Below, piece after piece: positions 32,205 to 43,628 of a stretch of 64,000 bases of DNA. The translations under genes were made by a program, and so were the position numbers. The DNA is from an uncultured Planctomycetota bacterium. GTDB lineage: Bacteria; Planctomycetota; Planctomycetia; Gemmatales; Gemmataceae. The notes beneath the pieces were generated by a model. The model had not been told where the DNA came from and did not search any database. It saw only the letters and a program-made list of their open reading frames with translations. Each line of letters opens with the position of its first letter. Position 1 is the stretch's first letter. Location of the stretch: positions 384,001 through 448,000 of the forward strand of contig CAWKHF010000002.1 of NCBI GenBank assembly GCA_963849325.1, written 5' to 3'.

Positions 32205-35200
32205 TCACTTCGCGTAATCGATCCACATCGGCGAGCCCACGCCAGTTGCCCGTCCTTCTGCCGCACGCGGACGTAATAGTAATGCACGCCGGCCTCCGGC
32301 TTGGGGTCCGTCCCACTCGCCCTTGTACTCCGAACTCCCCGCGTCCTCCGGTCGCAGAACCTCGACCACTTCGCTGTCCTTGAGAACGTCGATGCCGGCG
32401 AGGGGCGCGGTGCCGACGACGTGGACGTTCAGCGACCGGCGCCGCCTTCGTCTGGAACTCGTCGCCCATCAGGTGACTCGCCGCTGCGGACGTCGAGGAT
32501 GATGTTGTCGGTCGCCGCGTAGCAGTGCCGCTGCTTGAGGGCGTCGAGGATGCCGGCGCGGTCGTGCTTCTCGGCCAGGGCCACGCAGTAGGAAATGTGC
32601 GTGGACCAGTGATCGCTGGACGACTGGAAGCCGAGACGATAGCCCTTGGCCAGGGCGAGGTTGACGTAGCCCTTGGGATACCAGCCGGCGATGTTGGCCG
32701 GCTTCTTGCCGCTCTTGGGATCGTAGCCGGCGCGCGGCGCTTCCTCCTTCTCGTAGGAATTGCGATCGCCCTGGTAGATCTCGACGATCGGCTCGACCTT
32801 CGGATCGTTGTCGCGCCAGTCGGTGCCCATGCCGGTGGCGCTGGTGTGCGAGGCGCAGATGCCGTCGAATTCTTTCAGGTAGCGATAGAGCATCTTGGTA
32901 TCGTCGGCGTGGATGCCGGCCACGCGCTTGTCCGGCTCCGGCTCGGCCAGGCGCGGCAGCGTGCGGACGCCGCGCTGCGCGAACAGGCAATTGCGATGGC
33001 CGTGCGGATAGGAGACGCTGCGCTCGTAGCAGAACAGCGGCGTGAAGTGGTCCTGGACGTGGTAGGCGTCGGTGAGCTTCTGCGTCAGCCACCAGGTGTA
33101 TTCGCGGCCGGCGCCGTTGTCGTGATCGCCGTTGCCGATCCAGTCCAGCGCCGCCGCGTCGATGGCGTAGCGGAACATGTCCTCCAGCGAGCCGTCGGGC
33201 CCGCCGTCCCAGGAAATCTCCGTGTGCCGATGGAACTCGCCGCGCAGCAGCTGATACTTCTTGCCGCCCGCCTCGAGGCGATAGGCGCGGATGCGCTTCA
33301 CGTCCTCGCGCTCTTTCTGGCCGGCCTTGGCGTCCTTCCTGCCCGCGTTCGTGCGGCACCAGTTTCGGCTCGACCGGCTCGCCGGGCAGATCGAGGTAGC
33401 TGGTGTAGAGGCGATTCTGGATGTCGTTCCGGCGTGGTATAGCGGCCGTCGGTATTGTGGACGATGAGCAGTCCGCCGCTCGCGTGCGGCAGCAGCACCG
33501 GCCGCGAATCGAGCAGGCCGTCGGAGTGATGCACCTCGATCGGTTCGGTCCAGTGGTCGCCGTCGAGCCGGCGGGCGAAGGTCAGCCAGTACGAGCCGGG
33601 ATGGCTGCTGTAGCGGCTGCCGAACTTCTCGCGGTAGGTCAGCCAGAGCCGGCCCTTGCCGTCGAGGCCGAGGCGCGGATAGGCGTAGCGCTGGCCTTCT
33701 CGAAGCCTTGTGTCGTCTGCGTCGCCGGCGATGGGCGCTTTCACCTTCGAGGTCGGCAACTCGGCGACCGGCTTCATCAGCTTGCCGTCCTGCAAGACAG
33801 ACGACGCGGACCGAGCGGCTGCTGTACAAGCGGGTCGCCGCCCTTGGCGAGAGCGCCGTAGTCCTGGCCCCATTTCTCCGGACCTTCCTCGTAGGCGATC
33901 CACAGGCGGCCCTTGGCGTCGTAGCAGATGGAGGGACGGGCCTCGAAGCGAGCAGAAGCAGCAATGCTCGTATTCGGGACAGACTGACCCTTCTCCGGAT
34001 CTCAGCTTTGCTCGTCAACACTTTGATATCGTAATCGCCGCTATCATAAACGTCACTGCTATAGCGACGCGGCCATCTGGTCCAGCTGCGATGCGCCGGA
34101 TGCCACGATTTCCGCTCCTTTTCCGTGGGGAACAATCGAAACTTCCCTGTTCGTCGAAACAGAGGACAACCGATTCCGGAAAAGAACCGATTCCCACGAC
34201 CGTTCTCGATCGAGAGGCTTTCTTCCGGCGTAATCGTCTTGGCAAGCGAGATAGACGCTCCCCTTTTGGTCCGTACTCCATCACCGGGTTGAGCTGAGAC
34301 CCTTCTTCGAATAGGGCGGTCTCCGGCCCAACACGATATTCGGCGTTCTCACGATGGAATCGAAGCGTTCGGGACATTATTTTGTGTCCCTTGCGATTAG
34401 CGGAATAGGCCACTCGTACCACCCCATTGCCTTCGACCGCGATGGCACAGCGCACCAGATCCTCTGTTCGGCCCCGTGATCGCCAGCGGCTCGCTCCATT
34501 TGCCGTCCTTGTAATACTTGACGAACAGCTGATCGGCGAATTCGGGAGTATACAGACGCCTTGAAATCGCGTCGGCTGCTCCGTCAACTGCTTCTGCTCG
34601 ACGCGCGCGGCCCTCGTCGCGGACCTTGTAGCTGATGTACGCCACCCAGAGCGTGCCGTCGGGACCGTAGGCGGCGGCGGGGAAATCGTCCTCCGTCTTG
34701 CCCGTCGGTCAGCGGCGTCGCCGTCGTCACCAGCCGCACCCGCGCCTTGCCTTCCCACAGCTCGCGCGTCCGTCCCGCCAGCACGTCCTTGAGGGAGACG
34801 GCGGCTTTCTCGACGCCTTCCTTCGCCGGTTCGATGCTCAGGCTGGCGTCGTCCTGGATGTCGCTCAGATGCAGGACGACGCCGACGGTGGCGATGCCCT
34901 CCATGCGCGCGACGGCGGGATTGCGCGGCGGCACGCGCAGGCCGCGATGCGAGGACGCCTCCCAGCGATCCTTCTCGATGCAGCTTGTCGTCGGGACGAA
35001 AGCGATAGCCCTCCCGATGCACGACCTTCGCTCCGGTGACGACCGCTCGCCCGGACCATTTCTCCGGCGTCTTGTCCTTCAGGCCGAATTCGATGAGTAT
35101 GGCGGCTGGCGGACGCTCCTTCGAGCCGCGATTGGCCCAGTCGAGCAAGAAAAGGTTGGACTTCTTCGGTTCCGACAGGGCGGCGACCGCGATCATCGCC

Positions 35201-35241
35201 GCCACGGCCGAGAGGACGAGCAGAAGGTTCCTGGCACGCAT
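32205..35241 (-). CDS. Large secreted protein: beta-propeller-like region plus PHP-like metallohydrolase (DUF3604/CehA-McbA-like), several frameshifts
   Basis: Signal MRARNLLLVLSAVAAMIAVAA; LLRGEFHRHTEISWDG, GDHD, SHTS, SSSDHWSTH; C-terminus YYYVRVRQKDGQLAWASPMWIDYAK-TGA at 32205. Confidence 0.75.
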
Positions 35242-35499
35242 GACTGACTCCCGCAGCAAAGAGAGGCGAACGGCCGACCGCATGGCCGGACGCATCCGAA
35301 GGTGAACGCCGATTAGCGCCCGGTACGTCCCCGCCTGTCAAGCGAATTCCCCAGAAAAAACTCGCCGCCAACTCAGCCGCGGTGGATGGCCGTGATCGGC
35401 TGTCGAGTTTCTCTCGCCGTGGACTCCTTCAGCGGATAAGATCCTCTGAATAGAAGAGACTTGTGGGCCGTCTACGAATTCGGGAGACATCGCCACACC

Positions 35500-36093
35500 A
35501 TGGCCACCCTCACCGCACCTTGCCCGCACGGCGCCAGCGACGAGCAGCTGCTCGCCTGCCACGCCGCCGGACATCGGGAGGCGCTGGACGAGCTGTTCCG
35601 CCGTTATCGGCAGCCGGCTTATCGGGTGGCGTATCGCTTGCTGGGCCACGAAGCGGACGCCTTGGATGCGGTCCAGGAAGGCTTCATCAAGGCCCTGACC
35701 CATCTGCACGGCTTTCAAGGACGCAGCTCGTTCAAGACCTGGCTGTTGCGGGTGGTCAGCAACGCCGCCCTCGACCTCGGCCGTCAGCGCGGCCGCCGTG
35801 AGTCGGTCAGCCTCGACGTCCCGCAAAACGGCGACGTGGTGCATCCGCACCTGCTCACCGAGGACGAGTCCGGCCGAGGACTGGAACGAGCCGACCTGCG
35901 CCGCCAACTCGATCAAGCCCTGGCGACGCTGTCGGAGGTGCAGCGGCAGACGTTTGTGCTTTACGCCGACGGCGAACTCAGTTATCGAGAGGTCGCCGAG
36001 GCGACGGGCACGTCGATCGGCACAGTGATGAGTCGATTGTTTTACGCCCGACAGAAATTGCGAACGTATTGGAACGAACGGAACCCGTTATGA
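35500..36093 (+). CDS. ECF sigma-70 factor
   Basis: DALDAVQEGF, SSFKTWLLRVVSN, LSYREVAEATGTSIGTVMSRLFYARQKL. Confidence 0.92.
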   Translation: MATLTAPCPHGASDEQLLACHAAGHREALDELFRRYRQPAYRVAYRLLGHEADALDAVQEGFIKALTHLHGFQGRSSFKTWLLRVVSNAALDLGRQRGRRESVSLDVPQNGDVVHPHLLTEDESGRGLERADLRRQLDQALATLSEVQRQTFVLYADGELSYREVAEATGTSIGTVMSRLFYARQKLRTYWNERNPL

Positions 36094-36705
36094 GTCGTGA
36101 CCGGAACAGCCCGGATCGCCGGCGAAGCGCGGCGACGTCCCCGAGCAACCATCCGAGGACCAGGACATCGAGGAGTGGTTGGCCGCGCACCCCGAGACGA
36201 AAGACGAGTTGGCCGACCTCCCCCGCTTGCGGGATCTGTATCAGTCGGCGGCCCCACTCGACCCGGACGAGGCAGCCTGGACGGCCGCGCTGACGCGCAT
36301 TCGTGACGGCATCCCCACGGAGCGCCTCCGCGACAAAGGTCCGTCCCGCTCGCGGTGGTCGGTCGTGAGTTTGGGTGCGGCGGCGGCCGTGTTGGCGGCG
36401 GTCCTGCTGGCGCGATCGTGGCGAACGCCTCAACCTCTCCCGCAACCGGGACCGGCCGAAGAACCGTTCCCCGTTGTCGAGGCGGACGACGTCACCATCA
36501 TCCGCATGGATGGCGCGACGTTGCCGCCCTGGTAGTGGGCGAACCGCCTGTCCTGGGCGACCTGGAATTCGCCCGATCCGAAGACGTTCGCGTCATCCAG
36601 TGTACGCGCTGCCCTCACAGCGGCAACGTTCCACGACTGGAGCAGGGGGAAGTGCCGATGTTCGTGACATCGGTCGCTCGCGCCGGCGAGAATGGCGACG
36701 AGTGA
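36090..36705 (+). CDS. Putative transmembrane anti-sigma factor, frameshifted
   Basis: ATGA overlap with the ECF stop; EEWLAAHPE, TM GAAAAVLAAVLLA, periplasmic tail. Confidence 0.65.
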
Positions 36706-36732
36706 ACCGGGACATCTTCGCGGAGGGTTTTC

Positions 36733-37212
36733 ATGTCGCCTGGCGCGGTTCGGTCTTGTGGCACGGGTTTGATGGTCCTGACGCTCTTGGGTGCCGCGCC
36801 CTTGAGGGACAAGGGCGGAGACAAGGAAACCGTGCAGGTGTCCGTCATCGTCATTCTCGCCACCGAACGCAACAACCAGGTCGATCCCAAGCTCGCCAAC
36901 GTCGCGCGCGAGGTCCACAAGACACACGAGAAACTGACCGGCTTCCGGATTGTCACCCTGGCGAGCAAGTCGCTGACCATCGGCGCCAAGGACACCTTTG
37001 AACTGGTTGAAGATCAGAAGGCGGCCGTCACGGTTGAGCGCGCCGCCGACGCCAAGAACCGCGTCCAGGTTCGCGTTGCGCCGCCGCGCATGGGCGAAAT
37101 TACTTACGACACCTGCTGCGGCAAGTTCCTGCCCATCGTCACCCCCTTCCGCACGGCCAACAACGAACTGCTCATCCTCGCCGTGCGCGTGCAGCCCTGT
37201 CACGAGAAGTAA
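36733..37212 (+). CDS. Secreted hypothetical protein
   Basis: GGAGGG RBS, hydrophobic N-terminus, host-like codons, operonic position. Confidence 0.7.
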   Translation: MSPGAVRSCGTGLMVLTLLGAAPLRDKGGDKETVQVSVIVILATERNNQVDPKLANVAREVHKTHEKLTGFRIVTLASKSLTIGAKDTFELVEDQKAAVTVERAADAKNRVQVRVAPPRMGEITYDTCCGKFLPIVTPFRTANNELLILAVRVQPCHEK

Positions 37213-37338
37213 TCGGGGTTACGTACCCGAAGCGGCCCACTCGGCAGCCCGCGTTTCCGGCTTTCGTCATTGCTCTGACTTCCCCTTCGGTGGTATCCTG
37301 AGAGATGGGGAAGCTCCCATGTTTCAAAGGGGAACGTC

Positions 37339-38631
37339 ATGTCTTCCAGAACCCTTCTCGCCGCCCTGTGCCTGCTCTGCCTGGCGCTGCCACTCCGCGC
37401 CGAAAACCGCAAGGACAATCCGTCCAGCCGCTCCAGCGACAGCCAATATGACCCCCAGACCGGCGACCCCACGATGTCGTCGATCCCTCGTGAAATCGGC
37501 GGCAAGACCTACGAGCAGTGGGTGAAGGACTTGTCCCATCCCGACCCCAGCGTCCGCGCCAATGCCATCACCGTCATCCCCGGCTTCCGCGAGAAGGCCA
37601 TGGATGCGATTCCGCGGTTGGTCGAACTGACCCACGATCGAGATGCCAGCCCGCGCGTCAAGGCGGTGCTCGCCTTCAAAATCATGGGCTTTCACGGCAC
37701 CGACATCCCGCGGGTGGTGAAGGCGCTCGGCGAGCGCATCTCCACGGATACGCAGGCCATCGTACGTTACGAGGCGGTGCAGGCCCTGGGTCGCTTCCAG
37801 CCGGCCGACGTCCGGGAAGTCGTGGCCGACCTGGTTCGCGGCGTCGGCGACAGCAGCACCTGGGAGCTTCGCCAGGCCTGTATCAGCGCCATCCGCCTGG
37901 CGGGGCCGGACCCGAAGAAGGGACCGGACGAGCGCGTCACCGACGCTTTGCTGGGGCGCCTCAATTCGTTCTACGAACCCGTTCGACTGGTGCGCCTGGA
38001 GGCCATCATCACCCTGGGAGGCCTGGGCCGGCCGCAGAACCCGAACAAGCTGGCCCAGGTGGTCCGGGCCCTCAAGACGAACCAGCAGAGTCACGACAAG
38101 GTCATCAAAATTTGGTCGCACGTCAGCCTCATGGCCCTGGAAGACAAGGTTGATGAGAAGTACATGCCGGTCATCGTCGCCTACCTCAACGATCACGAAC
38201 GCGATATCCGCATTCAGGCCCTGGCGGCCCTCGGGGCGCTACAGGAGCGGGCCCATCCCTACCTAGCCGATATCATCAAGTTAATGCGACGAGAGAAGGA
38301 CCCGATCGTCCTGACCAGCGCCTGCACGTCGCTGGGCCGAATGGGCGACAAAAGCGACCAGGCCATCGGCGTCTTGCTCGAGGTGATGGAAAGGGATGAT
38401 GCCGAGTCCACCAATGCGGTCCTGGCGGCGTGTAACGCCCTCGCTCAGATCGGCGTCGCCAGCCCGGAAGTCCTGAAGGCCATGAACAAGCTCCTCGACC
38501 GCAAGGACTTCAAGGAACAGACGAAGGACATCGTGCGCAAGGCCATCAAAGAGGTTCAAACGCCCCGCAAGGACGCGATCAAAGCGAAACGCGAGTCCCC
38601 CAAGGGCGAAATCATCCGAAAACCTCGATAA
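37339..38631 (+). CDS. Secreted HEAT-repeat protein
   Basis: Signal peptide MSSRTLLAALCLLCLALPLRA; VRxxAxxAL repeats. Confidence 0.85.
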   Translation: MSSRTLLAALCLLCLALPLRAENRKDNPSSRSSDSQYDPQTGDPTMSSIPREIGGKTYEQWVKDLSHPDPSVRANAITVIPGFREKAMDAIPRLVELTHDRDASPRVKAVLAFKIMGFHGTDIPRVVKALGERISTDTQAIVRYEAVQALGRFQPADVREVVADLVRGVGDSSTWELRQACISAIRLAGPDPKKGPDERVTDALLGRLNSFYEPVRLVRLEAIITLGGLGRPQNPNKLAQVVRALKTNQQSHDKVIKIWSHVSLMALEDKVDEKYMPVIVAYLNDHERDIRIQALAALGALQERAHPYLADIIKLMRREKDPIVLTSACTSLGRMGDKSDQAIGVLLEVMERDDAESTNAVLAACNALAQIGVASPEVLKAMNKLLDRKDFKEQTKDIVRKAIKEVQTPRKDAIKAKRESPKGEIIRKPR

Positions 38632-38705
38632 CCTTCTCAATCCGCGGAGCGCTCCGTTCGGGCGCTCCGCCTTTTCCACTCGCACTTCCAACCTTGGACC
38701 GCACC

Positions 38706-40363
38706 ATGAGCCGTCTTCCTCTCGCCTTCGCGGCGTGTCTGCTCGGCTTGACCCTCACGAGCACGGTGTACGCTCGAACGCCGTTCTTTCTGGGCAAATC
38801 GGTGGACCAGTGGCGGCGCGGGCTGAACGATTCGGATGCCAAGACTGCGCCGCAGTGCCGCCTTCGCGCTGGGCCGCATCGGCGACGACGCCCTCCCCGC
38901 GGTGCCGGCGTTGATACGGCGATTGCGCGACGACAGCGACGCCGGAGTGCGCGACATGGCGGCGTCGGCGATCGGCGACATCGCCCGAGCTTCCAAAGGC
39001 GGCGCGCGCGAGATGTGGACCGAGGTTGTCCGCCCGCTCCTCCACGCACTGAAAACCGATACGGACGCTCATGTCCGTCGTAGTGCGGCGTATGCCCTGG
39101 GCGCATTCGGTTCGCTGGCCGCCGGCGCCGTGGATGTGCTCAGCGCGGCGCTGCGCGATGAAGCTCCGTCGGTGCGGCAGAATGCCGCCTGGGCGCTGGG
39201 CCAGATCGGTCGAACAGGCCGGTGAATCGGTGACGGCCCTGTGTACATGCCTGAACGACAAGGACGTCCTAGTGCGCCGGGATGCCGCCGGGGCGCTCGG
39301 CTCGCTGGGGAAGGCCGGAGCGGCGGGGGCGGAGGCGTTATTGCAGCTGGTCAAGGTGGAAACGGACGACGTGGTGAAAAAAACGGCCATCGATGCGTTG
39401 GGCCACCTGGCCGGTCCCGAACATCGTCCCTACGCCCAGGCACTGCAGCCGCTTCTGGAGAATAAAGACCCCGAATTGGCGATGAGCGCGGCGCTCGTCC
39501 TGGCCCGCATCGGCGGAGAGGAAGGGGCCAGCGCTCTGCCCGTGTTGCGGAAGGGGCTGAAGGATCCCGATGCCCACGTGCAAGAGATGGCCGCGGCGGC
39601 GCTGAGCAATCTCGGCCCGAAGGCCGAACCCGCCATGTACGACCTGGCCGAGGTGCTGACCAACGGTCGCAATTCCACCTTCGTGCGCCGCTACGCCGCC
39701 CTGGCCCTGTCCCACATCGGCCCGGCGGCGAAACCCGTCGTGCCGTCGATCGTGCAAGCTCTGCGGCCGGCTGAACCAGTGAAAGTACGACAATACGCCG
39801 CCGAGGTCCTGGCCCAGATGAAATATCCGGCCAACGAGAAGGCCGTGCCCGCCATCCTGGAAACCATCGAAAAGGACACCGATCCCGTGGTCCGCCAGAA
39901 ATGCGTCTGGTCGCTGTTCCGCATGAATAACGTCGAGGAGTTCAAACGGAGCGGCGCCGAGAAGACCCTGACCAAGGTGCTCGACGACCAGTCCGAAAAG
40001 ATGACCCTGGTGCGCTACGATGCCGCCCGCAAGCTGGCTTATATGCTGGGTGCCGATGCCCCGGACAAGACGGTGGACGTTCTACTTAACATGCTCAACA
40101 ACAAGAGGTTGAATGTCTACAACCGCACGGACGCCAAGGTCGAAGGGACCGGCAACGAAGCGACGGCCGGGCGGGCCAACGTGAAGGAGAATCTCGGCGG
40201 CGACGCGCGTTACATGGCCGTCGAAGCGCTCGGCTGGCTCGGTCCCACCAAGGTGAAAGCACGGGACGATGTTGTCAAGGCGCTCAAGCAAGCCGCCCGC
40301 GACGAGGATGCGACCCTCCGCGCCGCCGCCAAGAAAGCCCTGACCGAACTAGGCATCGAGTGA
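38706..40363 (+). CDS. Secreted HEAT-repeat protein, frameshifts near 38850 and 39215
   Basis: Signal MSRLPLAFAACLLGLTL...; RRSAAFALGRIG, VRRDAAGALGSLG repeats across three ORFs. Confidence 0.85.
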
Positions 40364-40435
40364 CGGCCGTCTCCTGGCGAAGAACACACGGATTTTTGCT
40401 TGCTCCGCTCGGCAGACATCGCTACCCTGCCGAGT

Positions 40436-41533
40436 ATGAAAATCTCTCAGCTTCACGCCCTGCGCGTGCGCATCCCGCAGAAACCGCCGATCGCTCCCTA
40501 TCAGTCGCGCTACCGGGCCACCTCCGCCAAGGAGGCGCTGCTCGGTGCGCCTGGAGACCGATACCGGCCTCGTCGGTTGGGGCGAGACGCCGGAAGACTG
40601 GCTCAACCATTCGTTCCAGGGCGCGCCCGAGGAACGACTGCGCCAGCAGGTACTCGGCCGCGATCCGTTCGACCTCGAAGCCTGGTACGCCGAGAACACG
40701 CTGGGCAGCTATCTCGCCAGCGGCTGTCGAGATGGCGATGTGGGACCTCCTCGGCCAGGCGACGCGCCAACCGCTGTACAAGCTCCTCGGCGGTGCGGTG
40801 CGGAAGAAAATCGAGTTGGCCGCCTGCATGGGCATCCGTCCGTATGAGGAGGCCAAGGCCATTGCCCGCCAATATCTCGACCGTGGCTTCCGCACCCTGA
40901 AGACGAAAGCCGGCCGCGATCCGCAAGAAGACCTCGAACATGGTGCGCGGCATCCGCGATGGAGTCGGGCGATCGACTGAAGCTGCGCATCGACCCCAAC
41001 ATGGGCTATGCTCCCGACGTCGCCCTGCGCCCTGGCGCGCGACCTGGAGTCCTATCACCTGGAATACTTCGAGCAGCCGATGCCGTTCAGCTGCATCGGC
41101 GAGTCGGCCCGGCACCGGCATCTCACGCGGACGCCGCTCGCCCTGAACGAATCGGTGACGACCACCGAGATCGTGATGCAAATCCTTCAGCTGCGCGCGG
41201 CGGACGTGCTGCTGCCGGACACGTATCAGTGCGGCGGCATCCTGGCGGTGAAAAAAGTGGCGGCGCTGTGCGAGGCGGCGCGGCGTGCCGTGCGTCTTCC
41301 ATTGCGCCCACGACCTCGGCCTGAAGACGGCGGCGATGCTGCACGTCGTCGCCAGCACGCCCGCTTTCACGCTCGCCAACGACTGCACCTACTACGGTCT
41401 GGAAGATGACATCATCACGCCGTTGCACCGGATCGAGGGCGGGTGCATGGACGTGCCCGAGGGGCCGGGCCTGGGCGTTTATGTCGATGAAAACAAGTTG
41501 GCGAAATATCGTTTGTCCGAGCCTGAAGCGTAA
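40436..41533 (+). CDS. Mandelate racemase/muconate lactonizing enzyme family (enolase superfamily), frameshifted
   Basis: GLVGWGE, EMAMWDLLG...PLYKLLGG, GFRTLKTKAG (KxK), LRIDPN, YFEQP, LNES, PEGPGLG. Confidence 0.85.
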
Positions 41534-41588
41534 GCGAAGAGACGACAACCGACGGTTGTCGTCTCTTCGCTTACGCTTCAGGCTCGGA
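41516..41588. repeat. REP-like palindrome family B, copy 4 (supplies stop codons for both flanking convergent genes)
   Basis: tccgagcctgaagcgtaagcgaagagacgacaacc / ggttgtcgtctcttcgcttacgcttcaggctcgga. Confidence 0.9.
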
Positions 41589-43527
41589 TGACGATAACTT
41601 GGCGTTGATGCGTTCGCGGACGAGGCGAACGAGCAAGTCTTCCGCCTGGCCGCGCGTCAGGTGATCGGCGAGGCGCAGGGGCAACAGGTCGAGTGCCTGC
41701 TCGGCTTGCGGGTCGGTGCAGCCGCGCTGGGTGCGGAGCAGGCCGGTCAGCCAGGCGCGGGCCGGCAGGGGGAAGCTGAGTACGTCCACGGCGAAGGCGG
41801 CCGAACATGGTTGGCGTCGCAGCAAGCGCTCCAAATCATTCAGGGCGATGATGCCGACCAGCCGGTCGCCGGCGGATAGACGCCCGGCCAGAAGCGGACG
41901 CGGCGGCGGTCCCTCCGCCGGCAGCAGGGCCACGGCCTGCAAGTGGTAATCGACCGACATCGCCCGCACGGAATGGCTCACGAACGGATCGTTCGCCTGG
42001 ATGAGCAAATCGATCACGGCGAACAGGCGTTCGCGCACCTGGAAGACGCTCAGAACGCGATCGCCGAACAAGCTGGCCAGGAAGGCCGGAGCGGCCAGCA
42101 TGGGCACCGACAGGGCGTAGCGGACGTCGGCCGCCTCGCGCAGCATCTTGGCCAACTCCGGATCGGCCAGGAGCAGGACGACGCGATGGCGCGGCGTGCA
42201 ATTCGCGGACGAGCAGGGCGATGGCCAGGTTGGTCAGGTCGTCGTCGGTGGCGGCGATGACCGCCCGCGACGTGGCGGCGTGGGCCTCGCGCAGCACCTC
42301 GCGGACGCCGGCGTCGCCGATGATGACCGGCGCCCCCAGACGCCGCACCGCTCGCACGAAGCGATTGCCCGGGTCGCGCTCGATGACCACCACCTGTTCG
42401 CCGTAGCGCAGCAATTCCTCGACGACGCGGAAGCCGATGGCGCCCAGGCCGCAGATGATGACGTGTCCGCTATCGGGGATGCGCCGCACTTCAAGCGCGC
42501 CGCCCAGGCGGGCGCGCAGCAAATAATTCGTGACGATGGCCGTGAACGCCGCCGTCAGCGCCGCGCCCAGGATGCGCAGCGTGGCCACGAACACCTTCAT
42601 GGCCGGCGAATACTCCAGATGTTCTTCCTGCATGCTGGCGCCGGTGGCCATGACGCTGACGGTGCGGAAGAGGGCGTCGATGACCTTGTACTTCTCCACG
42701 CCCAGGCACAACACCAGCGTGCTGGTGAGGATCACGGCGAACAGGACCACGGTGCAAATCAGGACGGCCCGATCGATCTCAGCCAGCGTGCGGTGGATAA
42801 CGCGGCCCATGCGGCGCGGCCAACGCCGCCCACAACAGATGCGGCGCGTCGGCGTCGTCCATCTCGGACAACAGCGAGGCCAGGGAGCGCGGCGGCGCAC
42901 ACAGGACGAGGCGGTCGCCGGCCTGGAGACGAGTTTCCAGATCGACGTCGAGCAGGAATCGCTCCGGTCCCTCCTGCGGCAAGTGGGCAAGCGGCACCGC
43001 TTCGCGGTACGTCGTCACTTCGCCAATGGTACGGCCGCGCATCGACGAGCCGGCACTGACTTGCAGCTCGACGACCTGGCGCTGGTCCTGGCCGTCCAGC
43101 TCGAAAGCGGCGAGTCCCTGACCGCCCACGGCCGTCATCGCCAGCACCGGCGCCGTCAGCAGCGAGGTGCTCAGGGCGAAGACGTTGTGCAGCGTTCGAC
43201 TCGAGCCGAATGAGCAAGTTCTGGTTGAACATGCGCAGGACCACGCGAACCTCGAGGGTTGATGGCCCGGACCATCAAGGTGGTGGAGATGTTGACGAGA
43301 TCGTCGTTGGTGAGGATGAGCACGCCGCGAGCGTTGGCCACGTCCGCGGCTTCCAGCACGGCACGCTGCCGGCAGTCGCCGCAAACCAGACGCGTGCCTT
43401 GCAGGCGCGGATCGTCGGCCTGGCAACGATTATCGACGACGACCACCGGAAGGCCGGCGGCATGCAGGTATTCCAGGATGCGCGTGCCCATGCGGCCCAG
43501 GCCGCACAGGACGATGGGGCGCTCCAC
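41571..43527 (-). CDS. TrkA-N/RCK-domain potassium channel family protein, frameshifted
   Basis: Two Rossmann motifs (VLCGLGRMG, IICGLGAIG), central TM/pore-like segment DALFRTVSVMAT. Confidence 0.82.
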
Positions 43528-43628
43528 GCGGAGGTCTCCTTGGCTGGAGGTGCTTGCAGTCCTGAAAACAGGGTAATCGGCGGGAGGGAGGAAAGCAATC
43601 CGCGCTCGCGGTCGCCCGGTTGACTCGA

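Noticed and set aside
32205-35241. A complete diversity-generating retroelement explaining the variable patch
   Set aside because: No reverse transcriptase gene or template/variable repeat pair is visible in the window. The patch itself is kept as a finding.
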